64,000 nucleotides of DNA. Source: a virus. Where the stretch lies: positions 10,702 to 74,701 of the IMG/VR virus record IMGVR_UViG_3300008110_000181; one strand, 5' to 3'. Positions 33,901-41,330 of this stretch are shown here, one piece after another. Position 1 is the stretch's first letter. The number at the start of each line of letters is the position of its first letter. Position numbers and translations under genes: made by a program. Under the pieces are notes generated by a model. It was not told the DNA's origin. It saw only the letters and a program-made list of their open reading frames with translations, and ran no database searches.

Positions 33901-34967
33901 ATTGATTTATTTGTATATGTTATATTAGTATTTTCACCCGAAACAAGAACTCCAGATTCTTCAAAACCAATTGTAGAATCTACTGAAATTATTGAAGACC
34001 CAATAGATACTGCTTCTGTACATTTTGAGTTAGGTGTAACTTTAAAAGTACCTTGAACTGCAGATGGTATATCGTAACCAACAAATAAAGATAATTTATA
34101 ATATGTTTTAAAATTTCTTGTTAAAATTTCAACATTAGATACTGATGCAGTTGTTGCAGGATCATTATTTTTTTGAATTTGTTGACCAACTAGGTTATTT
34201 GGTTCTCCAGAAATTTTTTCAATTAAAACAACTTCTCTTCTGAGATATTCTGCTGTTGATGGTTTAAGTAGAAAATTTTCTAAGTTAACAATAGATGCGT
34301 TAACACCATATAAAACTTTGAATAAAATTTTAAACGATTCTGAAGTTCCTTTAGATTGATAAAATGCCCTAATAGACTTAATAAAGTTTCCTGGATTGAG
34401 ATTTTCATCAAAATCAATTTCTTCAAATCCTGGTGCAAAAGTATACTTTAATTTTTTAAATAATTCTTTTAAGAATAAAGCACTTAAGTTGGTAATTTTT
34501 GCAGATGCTTTATGAGATGAAGCCTCAGAATTTTGGAATATTAATTCTTCTTGATTTATTTCTTGATGGTAGTTAGTAATACCACTAAAACCACGTTGAC
34601 AATTTAAGAAAGAGTTTGTGGTTATTCCAGTATAAGTAATGATTTCATCATCAATCTTTAGTAAACCGTATTTTTCAGGAAATCCTTCTGTAGTGTTTAC
34701 ATTAATTGTAATTTTATTTTCAGTTCCAATATCAGAAGTCAAGTATATACTTCTATTTGAAATTGATGATGATAAAATATTGCTAACTTTTGAATATTGA
34801 TCTAAATTTTCGGCAATATCAACTGGACCACCCTGATATTCCTGTGAAATGTAATACTGTTTTAAAAATTCTCCCACTTTTGGATTTTCATCCAAAACGA
34901 AACTTGGAAGTTGACTTTCAATAATTTGATGAATTTTAACCCTTGAATCAAATCCCGTCTGTATCAT
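21909..34967 (-). CDS. g7: baseplate wedge initiator gp7-like giant protein (4352 aa)
   Basis: IESQLPSFV, FYQSKGT...FKILFKVLYG, HSKIIGWAYDGNPIYG, DNDYYQNLSY; lies between gp6 and gp8. Confidence 0.85.
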   Translation of the reverse strand: MIQTGFDSRVKIHQIIESQLPSFVLDENPKVGEFLKQYYISQEYQGGPVDIAENLDQYSKVSNILSSSISNRSIYLTSDIGTENKITINVNTTEGFPEKYGLLKIDDEIITYTGITTNSFLNCQRGFSGITNYHQEINQEELIFQNSEASSHKASAKITNLSALFLKELFKKLKYTFAPGFEEIDFDENLNPGNFIKSIRAFYQSKGTSESFKILFKVLYGVNASIVNLENFLLKPSTAEYLRREVVLIEKISGEPNNLVGQQIQKNNDPATTASVSNVEILTRNFKTYYKLSLFVGYDIPSAVQGTFKVTPNSKCTEAVSIGSSIISVDSTIGFEESGVLVSGENTNITYTNKSINQFFGCSGIETAIPFAADIRNDQIYFGYENGDLTKKVTFSILGSLAKFEQISEYLNGVAEGDSINIKSLGNPIIKTRFSNKSFKEVFVNSWLYNANSRFHIDNFNGPKSLNLKSPILKDDQTSFKHGDQVEIVQRGTNNVVFTSYIDEKIGENTTSIKILGNFTPVSGVLYDLRRKLNKASSVYAPIKFGNDTLISDISNLYTDTNYGYVASNSLPSSNRGFSIPYNYQITKKLDSYTINNTSGALETLIDINYSVIAFENPITFITGDRIFYKPNTDTLVGLDTGFYFVEMVSPDAKKIRLYASSSFIGSSNYVLFRSPYNSGIGTHTFTLASQKSGVIGPQKLLKKFPLNFNPNVTDDKSKVILPGPVGMLVNGVEIDSYKSQDKIYYGPLKSISVINSGRDYDVINLPKISVSAGIGTTALIQPVISGLIKKVYVDPQDFDIDRIVSIGVNGGNGRGAVLEPILNLRLREVLFDGRATTTGGGINTTTGQLTFDTDHFFADGEEIFYNANGNKGIGVGIGTSTLIDSSSYYPKSTSPRTVLLYPSLKDYSTGINTIKFNTDNNFGVHKFYTKSNKKTLTEIKIIDGGEGYTNRKLIVKPSGISTSSNTVNFTNHGFNDGDLVVYNYQTSPIVGVSTDTSNQFYILKIDDNSFRICDAGINGTVATNYERKNYVKFKSKGSGYQYFSYPSILVSVEFTSVGIASTVQPTKVLNITPSVRGKIIDAYLYESGTGYGSTILNFEKKPIITIKNGKDAKVTPNISEGRINTVKIEYGGLEYYSTPDIVVTDPSGKGSGAEFLPIIENGRIKSVKVINSGIGYSSTSKISVVSAGSNGFFNSEVRSLTLNNVSRFGSEFISETLENDLKYASIAYNKQLQDAFSDNGANHSKIIGWAYDGNPIYGAYGYTNPQNVNSAPKSLVSGYQLDITYTDRPSGFVSGFFVEDYKYTENGDLDENNGRFCKTPEFPLGVYAYFAPINNISFQPQFPYYIGDAFKSNVIEDNLYLNQKLFDFSTSGVLRNTYPYKLIDPNVENDFLSSFSDLKNQVVKVQSVSTGNVDSYEIVNDGDNYKINDILRFKSDDGEDLSAKVSSLKGKDVTNIVCNQDVYNNVILTQINPEKLQLSILPSHDLLNNEFISLTGFSTIFTKLDGIYQIGVSSITTTLTKNIPANVSIGSTEIYVSQIPSTISAGSSIGIGTEVVKVLNLFRIKNIIRVYRDTVGVAHSAQAQISLLPNSFTIDKNLGDNVDSKLNDRVYFNPRESIGVGTGSGDGTSVSFNFADFTVSRDIPTRTIYLENHPFITNQKVRFTPPSGTISVSTNGSSTFSIPINGQYQDFYIVNKTINSIGLKTSFDAPELFFHTNGNDDDRYLLESTFNQITGSLTRFKTTVSVASSHGLISGDTVKLNVKPNLNVGIGLVPPGPIGTGESTSVRVSFNEDYQKLVLDPVGFGSTSITVSNFYYTKPTQQPSIGVLVGLGFTVGLGTTGNRSGQDVYDFIWSNYSKFDLDGDGVVSYNDALVATREMIGVGFTGDALIKDVIFPGNATRRTATSIRSYINSLTSNVGIGSTTYDINNSGIVDASIDGELLKRFTNTDGLGKPGVYNPSSLRGTIRLINHRFKTGDKVLYTSNSNNLLQPLDDGEYYIVRVDKDNIQLALTYKDCTVDPPNTVSIGFSGMEGQSVGLINPEIKVTKNNSINFDLLDPSLSGYDFKVYFDKSFIHEFVSTASTSSFNSYRVGNPGISTNASLKIIFDDQIPQRLYYGLEKDGKVINSDFDVKQNSSISYEDSLFIESDTYTVVGVASTTFNIFLKRLPERLSYASTECQSLEYVTSSKTTKGPIHQIEITSSKSDYNTVPVLNEIVTDDGIDANIILDSKTIGDIKEVNIINEGFSYQSDITLKPSAYISPQIFIKDANTIKDISVLKGGSNYTNAPSIVIVDVLTGQKLDTGILEARLSGSSVSSVAIIQKPKGLVDTEIKLAATNNTNGFSIQKIEYYSSVIFDVYISQPTDGFVTAPFAPGDEVFIEGIQKNTSLSGNGFNSENYGYKFFKVIDFNTTGLLARIRVDASALTDDVGTPKTIQDFVPVIVNRKIYPEFELTKEKLGFALNEKVFSNGIERDLKVTSFNNSYIKVFGSYELNVGEKITGKQSGTIVTISEIRENFGQFEIDYATKTNTGWANNIGKLNNDIQVVPDNDYYQNLSYTIKSPITYDQSKTVVNNFLHTIGTKNFNDTGITSSRNFTFTSEDSTIAIKDIITEQRTETVYGFDLVKDIGSFNGYSKFIKFDSKLLTPFISNKTNRVLKIDNINKQFSNLDSNLNQYLDIINLSTSNIQYLDALVKISTSDGSKVQLTDLVVVNNGSDAFLLEKGTIVTAGIGSTEYAGEKIGEFSLETKNTEVNLRFAPVDFANTDYDIKFIQKSFQTNAIGVASTSIGFITKFNSIKSTSGLSTTVGLTTNILSVDASVFKSLHASVHITDTVSNKMQYSELYVTHDNSDTFISEFYFDDFGADENGYTAGFIGSFAANLSSNVLSLDFENLTSQNNVSVKANIVGFGTTTIGISTYRFKTSGTPNGSERSAIYDSYATSGLTTNPLVVSSYNYTLFNSSKSLVEVSIGSTKAVHQVLTIHDGSSVYVKQLPFLSVSGISTNDTRLGLGTFGGNISGGNVILTFYPDNNLSGTVKLSSFNKLLYTITDAINIAPPLNYKDSNGLTFTRDSVIVKFYNSFNGGRINKTDFVMFSDELPIFAREFDTSDPDDLDLTTGTFKSSKHFFSEDEELIYTPKSTIIGIGTVALTYKSGIATGILPSTVYVVNKTEDSFQISTTKTGTAVTFTSAGEGNAHVLEMKKKNEKCVITIDDVIQYPIFPKQIYYQLNNTIGAGQSSFQVTGISTIVPKDIIKVDNEYMGVISVGFGTTSTGPVNGIGTYPLVTVTRGYLGTASTSHSAGAQVSVNVGAFNIVQNILYFADPPKGNVQEEKDQSNLDSIKSDFTGRVFLRNDYTTNIIYDDISTKFNGIGRTFTLTVGSANTVGLGTSGGNGLLLINGIFQTPTTSNNPKNNFALRENAGITSVVFSGIRPGGGAEVDIVSEYDINQNDRPRGGLIVSIGSTLGIGYAPLVGAIVKPIVSAAGTITSVVGTSYTGTAVSVSTASYNNFSGIIEITTTQPHRLSESDLVRLVGLGFTCPSNAGVTSFFPRDTVSRLETFFPIVSVASSTTFTAKVGTSTLPHTYIGFGTVFPWYNLNIGSGYRGPVSVAITQSGHSGTIASITANVGAGGTLSFTVNTGGSGYSTITPCEVFLPDPSYANLPVQGVSRIGIGSTTQTGVGLVLSLDVDSNPYYAGGRFYDAANLISRNLQFIADIAVGRMLANYPGFTVPGGNKECTDDIKAVLETVLYNLRFGGNDQVWEAANIYKTNQTLLAGEEQQSIFAFNQARDIAIQVMRNEVVDTGGYTTEVQVIDNTIIGDVSQLPGVYTFSGECANVASAIGSYVGIVTGTIANVISYGATATVPATKTVAPGSLFSIKNFTITRPGYSFKRGDVIRPVGLVTDARLSEPLSNFELTVLDTFTDSFALWQFGNLDYIDSIAAYQDGFRLAFPLYYNGQLLSFEKDKNYDLDMKNLLVIFVNGILQEPGKSYDFNGGTTFVFTSAPKPEDNIAIFFYRGTIGSDSVLNSDIPQTIKIGDTVQIIKNNAYPNTITQNERLVQNIEFADRIETDLYSGSGIDEINSKPINWTKQKRDRIVFGQTVYKTRDSIEGQVYPTAKVISGITTSSTEIFVDNATFFNYNNQIAAKSFDLLIVGSSSTVGLSTTGPRLIETLKSVTTVNGFCGVITGIGTTTGIGTSKALKFFVNNLDSDTFVTAGLSTGYPIYIYDTRIGNGITATNSSNTNVVGIGTSYLDCVYHVSAWSGVVGDDNAGIITCNVHSNANIAGLSTSGTELRPVGKFSWGRLSGFTRGTNPVSIAVTTNTVDVGLTTYPTVQRRSIGLKLVYDTGALPKQLT

Positions 34968-34968
34968 A

Positions 34969-36900
34969 TTACTTTCTTATAAGATTTCCGTTAAGGTAAC
35001 TAGATGTATAATAATTTTTAGTAAATTCTGATCCAGATACTTCTTCACCAGAAGATATTACATCCTTTATCATATTTATTTCACTTTTTGAAATACTGAA
35101 ATTTAAATATAATTCTTTTAATCCAACCACATCATTTGATTCTGGTATTGCCTGAACTTCGATAATGTTATTTTCTTTTACCGTAGAAGTAATGTTTATA
35201 TTATTAATGAGGATTTCTCCCTTTTCATAATCAATTGTTCCAGCAGATTTTAAAACAACTCTCGTCTCTGTCTCACTGATGGGTTTAACTATTGATAAAA
35301 ATCCTGTTTTTCCATCATCACTTGGAATATCTGTAAAGTACACAGTATCAGATTCACCAAATATTGTAAAACCAGTTGATTTAATATTATATCCTTTCTT
35401 GCTGATATGAAACTTATTACCAAAGCAAAGTTCATATTGTGCATATTGATTTATATAAGCTGGTAAATCTCTTCTAATTCTAACTTTTGTGATATTTGAG
35501 GTGATTGAAAAATCAGTATTGTCTATAATTTGTAAAACTTTACTATACTTGAATCTCCCACCAAATTTATTAAGATCTAAAGAGTTTGCATATTTGTTCA
35601 GAGAATTTACAACTTTATTCTTTAAAAATTCTGCAGAAGAAATTTTTGAATAATCATAGTAAATACCAGCATCAATTTCAACATATAGAACTTTAAGGTC
35701 AACTATTTTTTGATTAATTCCAGAAACACTATATTTTCTTAAATTGTCTAATATATTTTTCTTATTAAAATCTGAAACAAATGTTCCATTTTTAGGCTTA
35801 ATGCTAATCATCACCGTGCCATATTCTGGTGGATCTAATTCTTCACCACCAACAATACTGACAGATTCTGTATCTGGATAAACTCTTTTGATTATTGATT
35901 CATAATCACTTGCGGTAACTGCTCTATTTTGTGATGCATAAATTCTTGGTGCAAAATATTTAATAGAATCAATTCTTTCAATGTCAGATCCATTTTGGGA
36001 TACTTGATTTGTCGTCACCGTAACGGGTGAATCTAGAACTAAAACATCATTATTATCATCTTCTAAAGAACCAGAAAATAAGAATCTTCCTACACCATTT
36101 CCCTTCTTACCTTCAGTGACAATATAATTTGCTGTTATAATATCTCCGTCTTGATTTGTACCATTTCCTAACTTTCTACCAATTAATCCATCACCAAAGA
36201 ATATTTCATATTTTTCATCTTGAACTTCTTGAATCAAAAAGATTCTCGATGTTTCATCTAAATTTAAAATATTTTCTACTTGATTATATTTAAATCCTAG
36301 TTCTTCTGCATTCGATGCTTTTTTTACATAAACTCTAACTGTAGAAGTATCAATAAATGGGTTATCTAAAATAAATCTTTGGTCTAAGGACCCGTCATAC
36401 TTAAATTTACTTGTTAAAAATGTTCCTTGATATACTGTTATATTATTGAAACTTGCTATACCAGCAGAACTTACATTTACTGTGATATTTTCTGGTATTG
36501 AAAATACATGAGAAGTATTTTGTATATCACCTGTACAAACTAATCCTGCTTTTAATGTTAAAGTCTTAGTAGTTTGCTTACCATTACCATCTAATAACCC
36601 AGTTATGCTAAAAGATATTTGTGCTTTAGATGCTGTTGTTGAGTGAGGTATATATCCAACATTTCTTGCTAGTGAGACTACATTCTCTCTAAGAGTTGCA
36701 GAGTCTAAGAAAGACTCATTAACAACCATGTTTGTATTGAATGCTGTAATATATGTGTTATATGCTAAAGTATCAATCAGCACAGAAAAATTAGATCCTT
36801 CAAAGTCAAAATCCGTGAAGTCTGAATTTTCACGAATATAATCTTTTATAGAATCTCTGATTTGATCGAAATCTAAATTAGTAAATTTAGTAAAAGGCAT
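34969..36900 (-). CDS. g6: baseplate wedge protein gp6
   Basis: LDFDQIR, DFDFEGSN, ESFLDSATLRENVVSLA, QNRAVTASDY. Confidence 0.95.
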   Translation of the reverse strand: MPFTKFTNLDFDQIRDSIKDYIRENSDFTDFDFEGSNFSVLIDTLAYNTYITAFNTNMVVNESFLDSATLRENVVSLARNVGYIPHSTTASKAQISFSITGLLDGNGKQTTKTLTLKAGLVCTGDIQNTSHVFSIPENITVNVSSAGIASFNNITVYQGTFLTSKFKYDGSLDQRFILDNPFIDTSTVRVYVKKASNAEELGFKYNQVENILNLDETSRIFLIQEVQDEKYEIFFGDGLIGRKLGNGTNQDGDIITANYIVTEGKKGNGVGRFLFSGSLEDDNNDVLVLDSPVTVTTNQVSQNGSDIERIDSIKYFAPRIYASQNRAVTASDYESIIKRVYPDTESVSIVGGEELDPPEYGTVMISIKPKNGTFVSDFNKKNILDNLRKYSVSGINQKIVDLKVLYVEIDAGIYYDYSKISSAEFLKNKVVNSLNKYANSLDLNKFGGRFKYSKVLQIIDNTDFSITSNITKVRIRRDLPAYINQYAQYELCFGNKFHISKKGYNIKSTGFTIFGESDTVYFTDIPSDDGKTGFLSIVKPISETETRVVLKSAGTIDYEKGEILINNINITSTVKENNIIEVQAIPESNDVVGLKELYLNFSISKSEINMIKDVISSGEEVSGSEFTKNYYTSSYLNGNLIRK

Positions 36901-36901
36901 T

Positions 36902-37303
36902 TTATCTTGTTGCCTCTAATAGGAACGAATATTCTTGAGTGGGAAACTCTTGACCAATAATATTAAACACAATATTCACATAAAAAGCATTTTCATCTGG
37001 ATTTGGTTCAACTTCAACTTGAATAACTTCAACTCTAGGTTCATAATTTGCAATCGCAGTTTCAATTTCAGTTTGTATGACAGAAGCAGTACCAAAATCT
37101 ACAAAATCAAATAGACTGTCTCTGACTCGGGAACCAAATGTTGAATTAAAGAACTTTTCTGTTGGTATCGTTTCGACAATATTTCTCACAGATCTACGAA
37201 TCGCATTTTCATTCTTTAAAACTTGAAGATCTTTTGTTACTGGATGAGGTTCGAATGATAGGCTAATATCTTTGAAAGATCTAGATATTTTTTGAGATGC
37301 CAT
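36902..37303 (-). CDS. g25: baseplate wedge protein gp25
   Basis: FKDISLSF, NENAIRRSVRNIV, YEPRV. Confidence 0.92.
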   Translation of the reverse strand: MASQKISRSFKDISLSFEPHPVTKDLQVLKNENAIRRSVRNIVETIPTEKFFNSTFGSRVRDSLFDFVDFGTASVIQTEIETAIANYEPRVEVIQVEVEPNPDENAFYVNIVFNIIGQEFPTQEYSFLLEATR

Positions 37304-37334
37304 TGACCAAGAGTTTTCTTTGCTTTATTTATAT

Positions 37335-37577
37335 TCAGTGCCAGGGAGAACCATATGTTGGTTCTGTTCCATACTCCCAATCATCATAATCGTCATCATT
37401 TCTTATTTTTTCATGTAATTCTACTTGTTTCTTCAAATCGTGCTTTGGTGCCAAATCGTGCATAACCTCTTGAATAATTCTTTTCGGTTGTGCAGATTCA
37501 TAATCTGTAATTAGTTTAGATGTACCCCACATTTCTCTCATGTAATTGGGGTCTCGATCAACGGGTAAATTCGACAT
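37335..37577 (-). CDS. hypothetical protein
   Basis: 80-aa ORF with AGGAG ribosome-binding site. Confidence 0.7.
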   Translation of the reverse strand: MSNLPVDRDPNYMREMWGTSKLITDYESAQPKRIIQEVMHDLAPKHDLKKQVELHEKIRNDDDYDDWEYGTEPTYGSPWH

Positions 37578-37645
37578 AGTAGCTCCTGTTTTAACTGAAT
37601 AAAACAGAACTTTTATAAAGGAGGTTGCTATCTCCCTACCTCTAT

Positions 37646-37987
37646 TTAACGATCTACTTCCCGAAGACTATAAGAATCTGAATTTAAATATTTTAAAATT
37701 TCAAGTGCAATTAATCGTGGATTTCCTTCTCCACATGTATATACATCCACGGCAATGCATCCGTTTTCTGGCCAAGTATGGCACGATACATGACTCTCTG
37801 CTAGTGCCACAACGACCGTACAACCCTGTGGAAGAAAGCAATGTGAGAAAGTATTCAGAATAGTCATTTTGGCACGGTTAATGCCTCTTATCATTGCTTC
37901 TTGAAGTGATTTCACGTCATTAATCGCTTCAAAATTAACACCATACACCTCTAGAAGCAGGTGTTTACCCATCGGAAACTGTTTCAA
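37646..37987 (-). CDS. speD: S-adenosylmethionine decarboxylase proenzyme
   Basis: GKHLLLE, autocleavage motif LAESH, HTWPE, DVYTCG. Confidence 0.93.
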   Translation of the reverse strand: MKQFPMGKHLLLEVYGVNFEAINDVKSLQEAMIRGINRAKMTILNTFSHCFLPQGCTVVVALAESHVSCHTWPENGCIAVDVYTCGEGNPRLIALEILKYLNSDSYSLREVDR

Positions 37988-38010
37988 TTCACTTGATTGA
38001 AAAAATCTAT

Positions 38011-38601
38011 TTAGTTAATGTAAAATCCTTTGCGAAAATACTCCCCATCATCAATAAATTTCATATTTTCAACTTTTTCTTCGTCCCAAACGGGTATTGC
38101 AACCGAGTTTCCATGCCTAAAATCAGGATTTCTACGAAAATGCACTTCAATTAGGTTTCCATTGATAAATTCGCAGTTGATCCAGTCATAGTCACCCTTT
38201 AAATTATTTAAAATTTCTGGAAATTCAATATTACAGTCGATTTTTTCCCATTTTTTCCATTTATAGTATGGATCAGAATCATCTTTAGTGCCGACGACAA
38301 CGAGTTCCGACCATTTTTTGTAATAATCGACACTTAAATGAGTGCCAGTGAAGATTTCACACCAAAATTCTGCAGGGTGAAAGTGATCTGTCTCATTTTC
38401 GACCCATTCTTTACGTGCAAACCGACCCATACCAAGTAAATTGAATGATGGTCGGACAATATAAAAGTCGGGTTTAGGTACCGTGGTACCGACTGGACCA
38501 CAAGTATAACCTAAAACCCGACTTAAGAATAATTTATTGTATATCCAAAGGTCTGATGGATGAATATTGTACCATTCATCATCTCCCTCTAGATAGTACA
38601 T
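38011..38601 (-). CDS. hypothetical protein, possibly ATP-grasp-like
   Basis: YIVRP...GMG...HLSVDY...LIEVHFR pattern. Confidence 0.55.
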   Translation of the reverse strand: MYYLEGDDEWYNIHPSDLWIYNKLFLSRVLGYTCGPVGTTVPKPDFYIVRPSFNLLGMGRFARKEWVENETDHFHPAEFWCEIFTGTHLSVDYYKKWSELVVVGTKDDSDPYYKWKKWEKIDCNIEFPEILNNLKGDYDWINCEFINGNLIEVHFRRNPDFRHGNSVAIPVWDEEKVENMKFIDDGEYFRKGFYIN

Positions 38602-38748
38602 TTATTTTCCCTGCCCACGGTATTTTTTTCTGGCACCATTACGAGACGTTGCTGCGTATTTAGTACCACCACCATCACCCTGCCGAGACTTTTTCGGAGG
38701 ACCGGGGATATAAGAACTTTTATTTAAACCGACTTTTGCTTTGGCCAT
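38602..38748 (-). CDS. 48-aa basic hypothetical protein (not in ORF track)
   Basis: MAKAKVGLNKSSYIPGPPKKSRQG...KKYRGQGK with GGAG RBS. Confidence 0.65.
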   Translation of the reverse strand: MAKAKVGLNKSSYIPGPPKKSRQGDGGGTKYAATSRNGARKKYRGQGK

Positions 38749-38915
38749 ACATTATCTCCTTTTAAAATTTCAGTTTCAAGATCTTCAGGACATGGAGCAC
38801 CTGTCTGATAAAATTCAATTGCCAGATCTTCCATGGTATCGAAATATTCTTCTTCTGTTAGACCAGTGTAAATTCTACGGCCTTGACAGAGAATATTATA
38901 GCGATCGTTTGACAT
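38724..38915 (-). CDS. hypothetical protein
   Basis: 63-aa ORF in operon context. Confidence 0.6.
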   Translation of the reverse strand: MSNDRYNILCQGRRIYTGLTEEEYFDTMEDLAIEFYQTGAPCPEDLETEILKGDNVWPKQKSV

Positions 38916-38919
38916 ACTA

Positions 38920-39678
38920 TCAAATCACTCTTGTTTTCTCGTGACCAACTCTAATACGTGGATCGCACCAAATTTCAAATCCTGCTTCTTTAGCATCTAA
39001 ACAGAACGATACGTCTTCTCCACACATGTCCTGAACTTCACCCGATTCAAAGACTTGCATTTTAGGTGCAAACCAGGGGTACTTCATTTCGGGATGCTCA
39101 AAGACACCTTTCTTAATCAGAAGCCAACCAAAACCAGTATAATCGACAGTGAATGGTTTACGACGTTTTGAGATACTTTCAAGAGTTTCATGATTCATCA
39201 CACCACCATTGTTGCGGAAATCATCTTCCTCAAGCCAGTGGGCAACAGAAGTCGTCACTCCATCTTCGGTGCAGTACCAACCAGCCGCAATGTCTTTTTC
39301 CATCAGAACAAGTTGAAAAAACTTTTCTGTATTGAAAACAATATCGTTATCAATCCAAAGTTGCCAATCATAAGGAAGCTTGCCATCCCAGGGCAGTTGG
39401 TCAGGACCACGCAGCACATTCGCACCTAAGCACTTGCATCTTGCAAAGTTTACCATTGATGAATAATCTTGCGAGATTTGAATGCTTGCCCCTGCCTGCA
39501 CCAAGTCAAAGCAGAGTTGTACAAAACTTTTTAGGTAAGTGTAAGATACACTACGACCTGGCAGACAAAAGACAATGACTTTACCACGCACTAGTTCTCG
39601 GGCTTTTTCATAATCCCATTCTTCTACAGACCCCCCAGCTGCGGGTGCCTTTGCTTTTACAGTAAATCCTTTAGCCAT
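38920..39678 (-). CDS. GT-A fold glycosyltransferase-like protein
   Basis: WIDNDI (DxD), TGFGWLLIK, GEDVSFC, RVGH; sigma70 promoter TTGACA-17-TATGAT at 39701-39729. Confidence 0.75.
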   Translation of the reverse strand: MAKGFTVKAKAPAAGGSVEEWDYEKARELVRGKVIVFCLPGRSVSYTYLKSFVQLCFDLVQAGASIQISQDYSSMVNFARCKCLGANVLRGPDQLPWDGKLPYDWQLWIDNDIVFNTEKFFQLVLMEKDIAAGWYCTEDGVTTSVAHWLEEDDFRNNGGVMNHETLESISKRRKPFTVDYTGFGWLLIKKGVFEHPEMKYPWFAPKMQVFESGEVQDMCGEDVSFCLDAKEAGFEIWCDPRIRVGHEKTRVI

Positions 39679-39725
39679 AATAGATTGTAATTACTTCAAT
39701 ATCATACTCTATTATGTATGACCTG

Positions 39726-39896
39726 TCAATCTCTCTCAGATAGGATAATTTCCGCACCAGATAACTCTAATTTAATTTCTGTATCTTCGTACCAATCTAA
39801 GTCATTAATTAATTCTTCTGGTATTACAAGATAATACTCCCCAGTAATTGGATCGACTTGTAGGGGCTTAAAAATTTCTCCGGAATTTTTTCTCAT
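39726..39896 (-). CDS. AbrB/MazE-like small DNA-binding protein (not in ORF track)
   Basis: Manual translation ...GEYYLVIPEELINDLDWYEDTEIKLEL... fits swapped-hairpin pattern. Confidence 0.55.
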   Translation of the reverse strand: MRKNSGEIFKPLQVDPITGEYYLVIPEELINDLDWYEDTEIKLELSGAEIILSERD

Positions 39897-40067
39897 TTAC
39901 ATCAAACTTATTTTTATTTTTTATATATTAAAAAAAATTTTTATATTCGTTGTATAGAGAGATGGCAAAAGCAAGACTTTATAGATTACAGGGACCCATG
40001 GGTTTTATATAACGGCGGCAACCCCCGAACCGCACGGGCACGGGGGCACTGTCTTGGTCACGAACGA

Positions 40068-41326
40068 TCAGGCAGGGGCACCGCTGCGGATGTGACGGTT
40101 GGCATGACCTGCTTTCACTGCAGGTCGCCATGCGGTCTTGCTGCCTCCAACCTGAGACATGGTTGCCTCACCCGTACGGGGACCACGGACGGGCAGACGG
40201 GTGATCTTGAATTGACCTGCTGCGATTGCTGCGTTCAGTTCGGTTGCGGTCATGATGGGGGGTCGGTTGACTTGAGAGTATTGTAGCAGATCGGGGGCAG
40301 GGGTCAACCCTGCTTCAGGTCATCCCGAAAGACATCAGCGAACTGCCCTGCGATGGCATAGGCAGAGATGCCCAATTGGGGCTGAAGACGTGACCCCATG
40401 AGGGAGTCGTCGTTGCCACGGGCAGTCCAAACGATTTGACGGGTACGGAGGTCGGTTGACTGAGAGAGGATCATGGGGGTCGTTTGAACTGAGATCATCC
40501 TAGCAGATCGGGTCACCAGATCACGGGGTTGCCTTCAAAATCCGTAACAGTGCCCTGCTCCGTATCGGTGGCAATGCTCTCCAGGATCTCCAGGAGTTGG
40601 GTGCCAGTGGTGGCACGGTTCAGCAGGGAGGTAGCGAGATCTTTGGTCATGGGTCTGTGTGTTGACTGAATCAGTATAAGGGGTCAGAGGGGCATCAGAT
40701 GATCGAACTGTGCCAGAGAGGAAGGTGCCACGTGGGCAGGAGATCCACAGGATCGATAGAAGTCCACCATGCACTCTGCCTCTGCCAGACTGGTGAACCA
40801 TTGAGACCTCCACTCACAGGAGTTGTAGGGGGTCTGGTAACGGACTTCGATTCGCATGGATCGGTTGTGGTTGTGAGAGTATTGTAGCAGATCGGGGGGA
40901 GGTCACTCCTCCGACAGTTCCTCCATCATGTCGTTGATTTCGATCCCATCGATGGCAGGATCATCCCATCGGCATCCGTCAGGAGTCTCCTTGCTGCCAC
41001 ACTCCCAAAGCATTGCCACCAGGTCCTGATAGGTGCCTCCACGTCGGGCAATGCGACGTGCCTCATGGTAGAGTCCCTCATCGTTGCCGATCCAGAGAGA
41101 GACATTCCAGGTCTCCCAGTTTGCCCATCCGTTGTAGGTTTCGGTTTCGGGGATCATGGAGGTGAGAGCGTTCATGGGTGGTTGCGTGTGAGTGTATTGT
41201 AGCAGGTCAGGGGGGTCAGTCCCACCATCCGTTGCGGGTGTTGACCTTCATGCCCAAGGCGGCACACATCATGGGGAAACCGATGGCGACGATCATCAGG
41301 AGAGCGGCAGCAAGGTAGTGATTCAC
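40068..41326 (-). CDS. six tiny early genes: 40068-40253, 40304-40474, 40513-40650, 40684-40857, 40903-41175, 41216-41326
   Basis: Manual translation (e.g. MTKDLATSLLNR..., MRIEVRYQTPY...); five have their own -10 box upstream. Confidence 0.6.
40280..41201 (-). promoter_or_regulatory. extended -10 early promoters of the form CTGC-TACAAT/TAGGAT
   Basis: -10 boxes at 40280-40285, 40497-40502, 40881-40886 and 41196-41201, each preceded by CTGC; TTGACC -35 at 40302-40307. Confidence 0.75.
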
Positions 41327-41330
41327 TCCC

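Noticed and set aside
9188-34967. Recurrent VGIGT/GIGST peptides in structural proteins
   Set aside because: These are dispersed short protein-level motifs, not a DNA repeat or a diversity-generating system, and no reverse transcriptase or template/variable repeat pair was seen.
40601-40616. GTGCCA-GTGG-TGGCAC palindrome
   Set aside because: It has the wrong arm spacing, lies inside a coding region and has no -10 box at the standard distance, so it was not counted as a motif copy.
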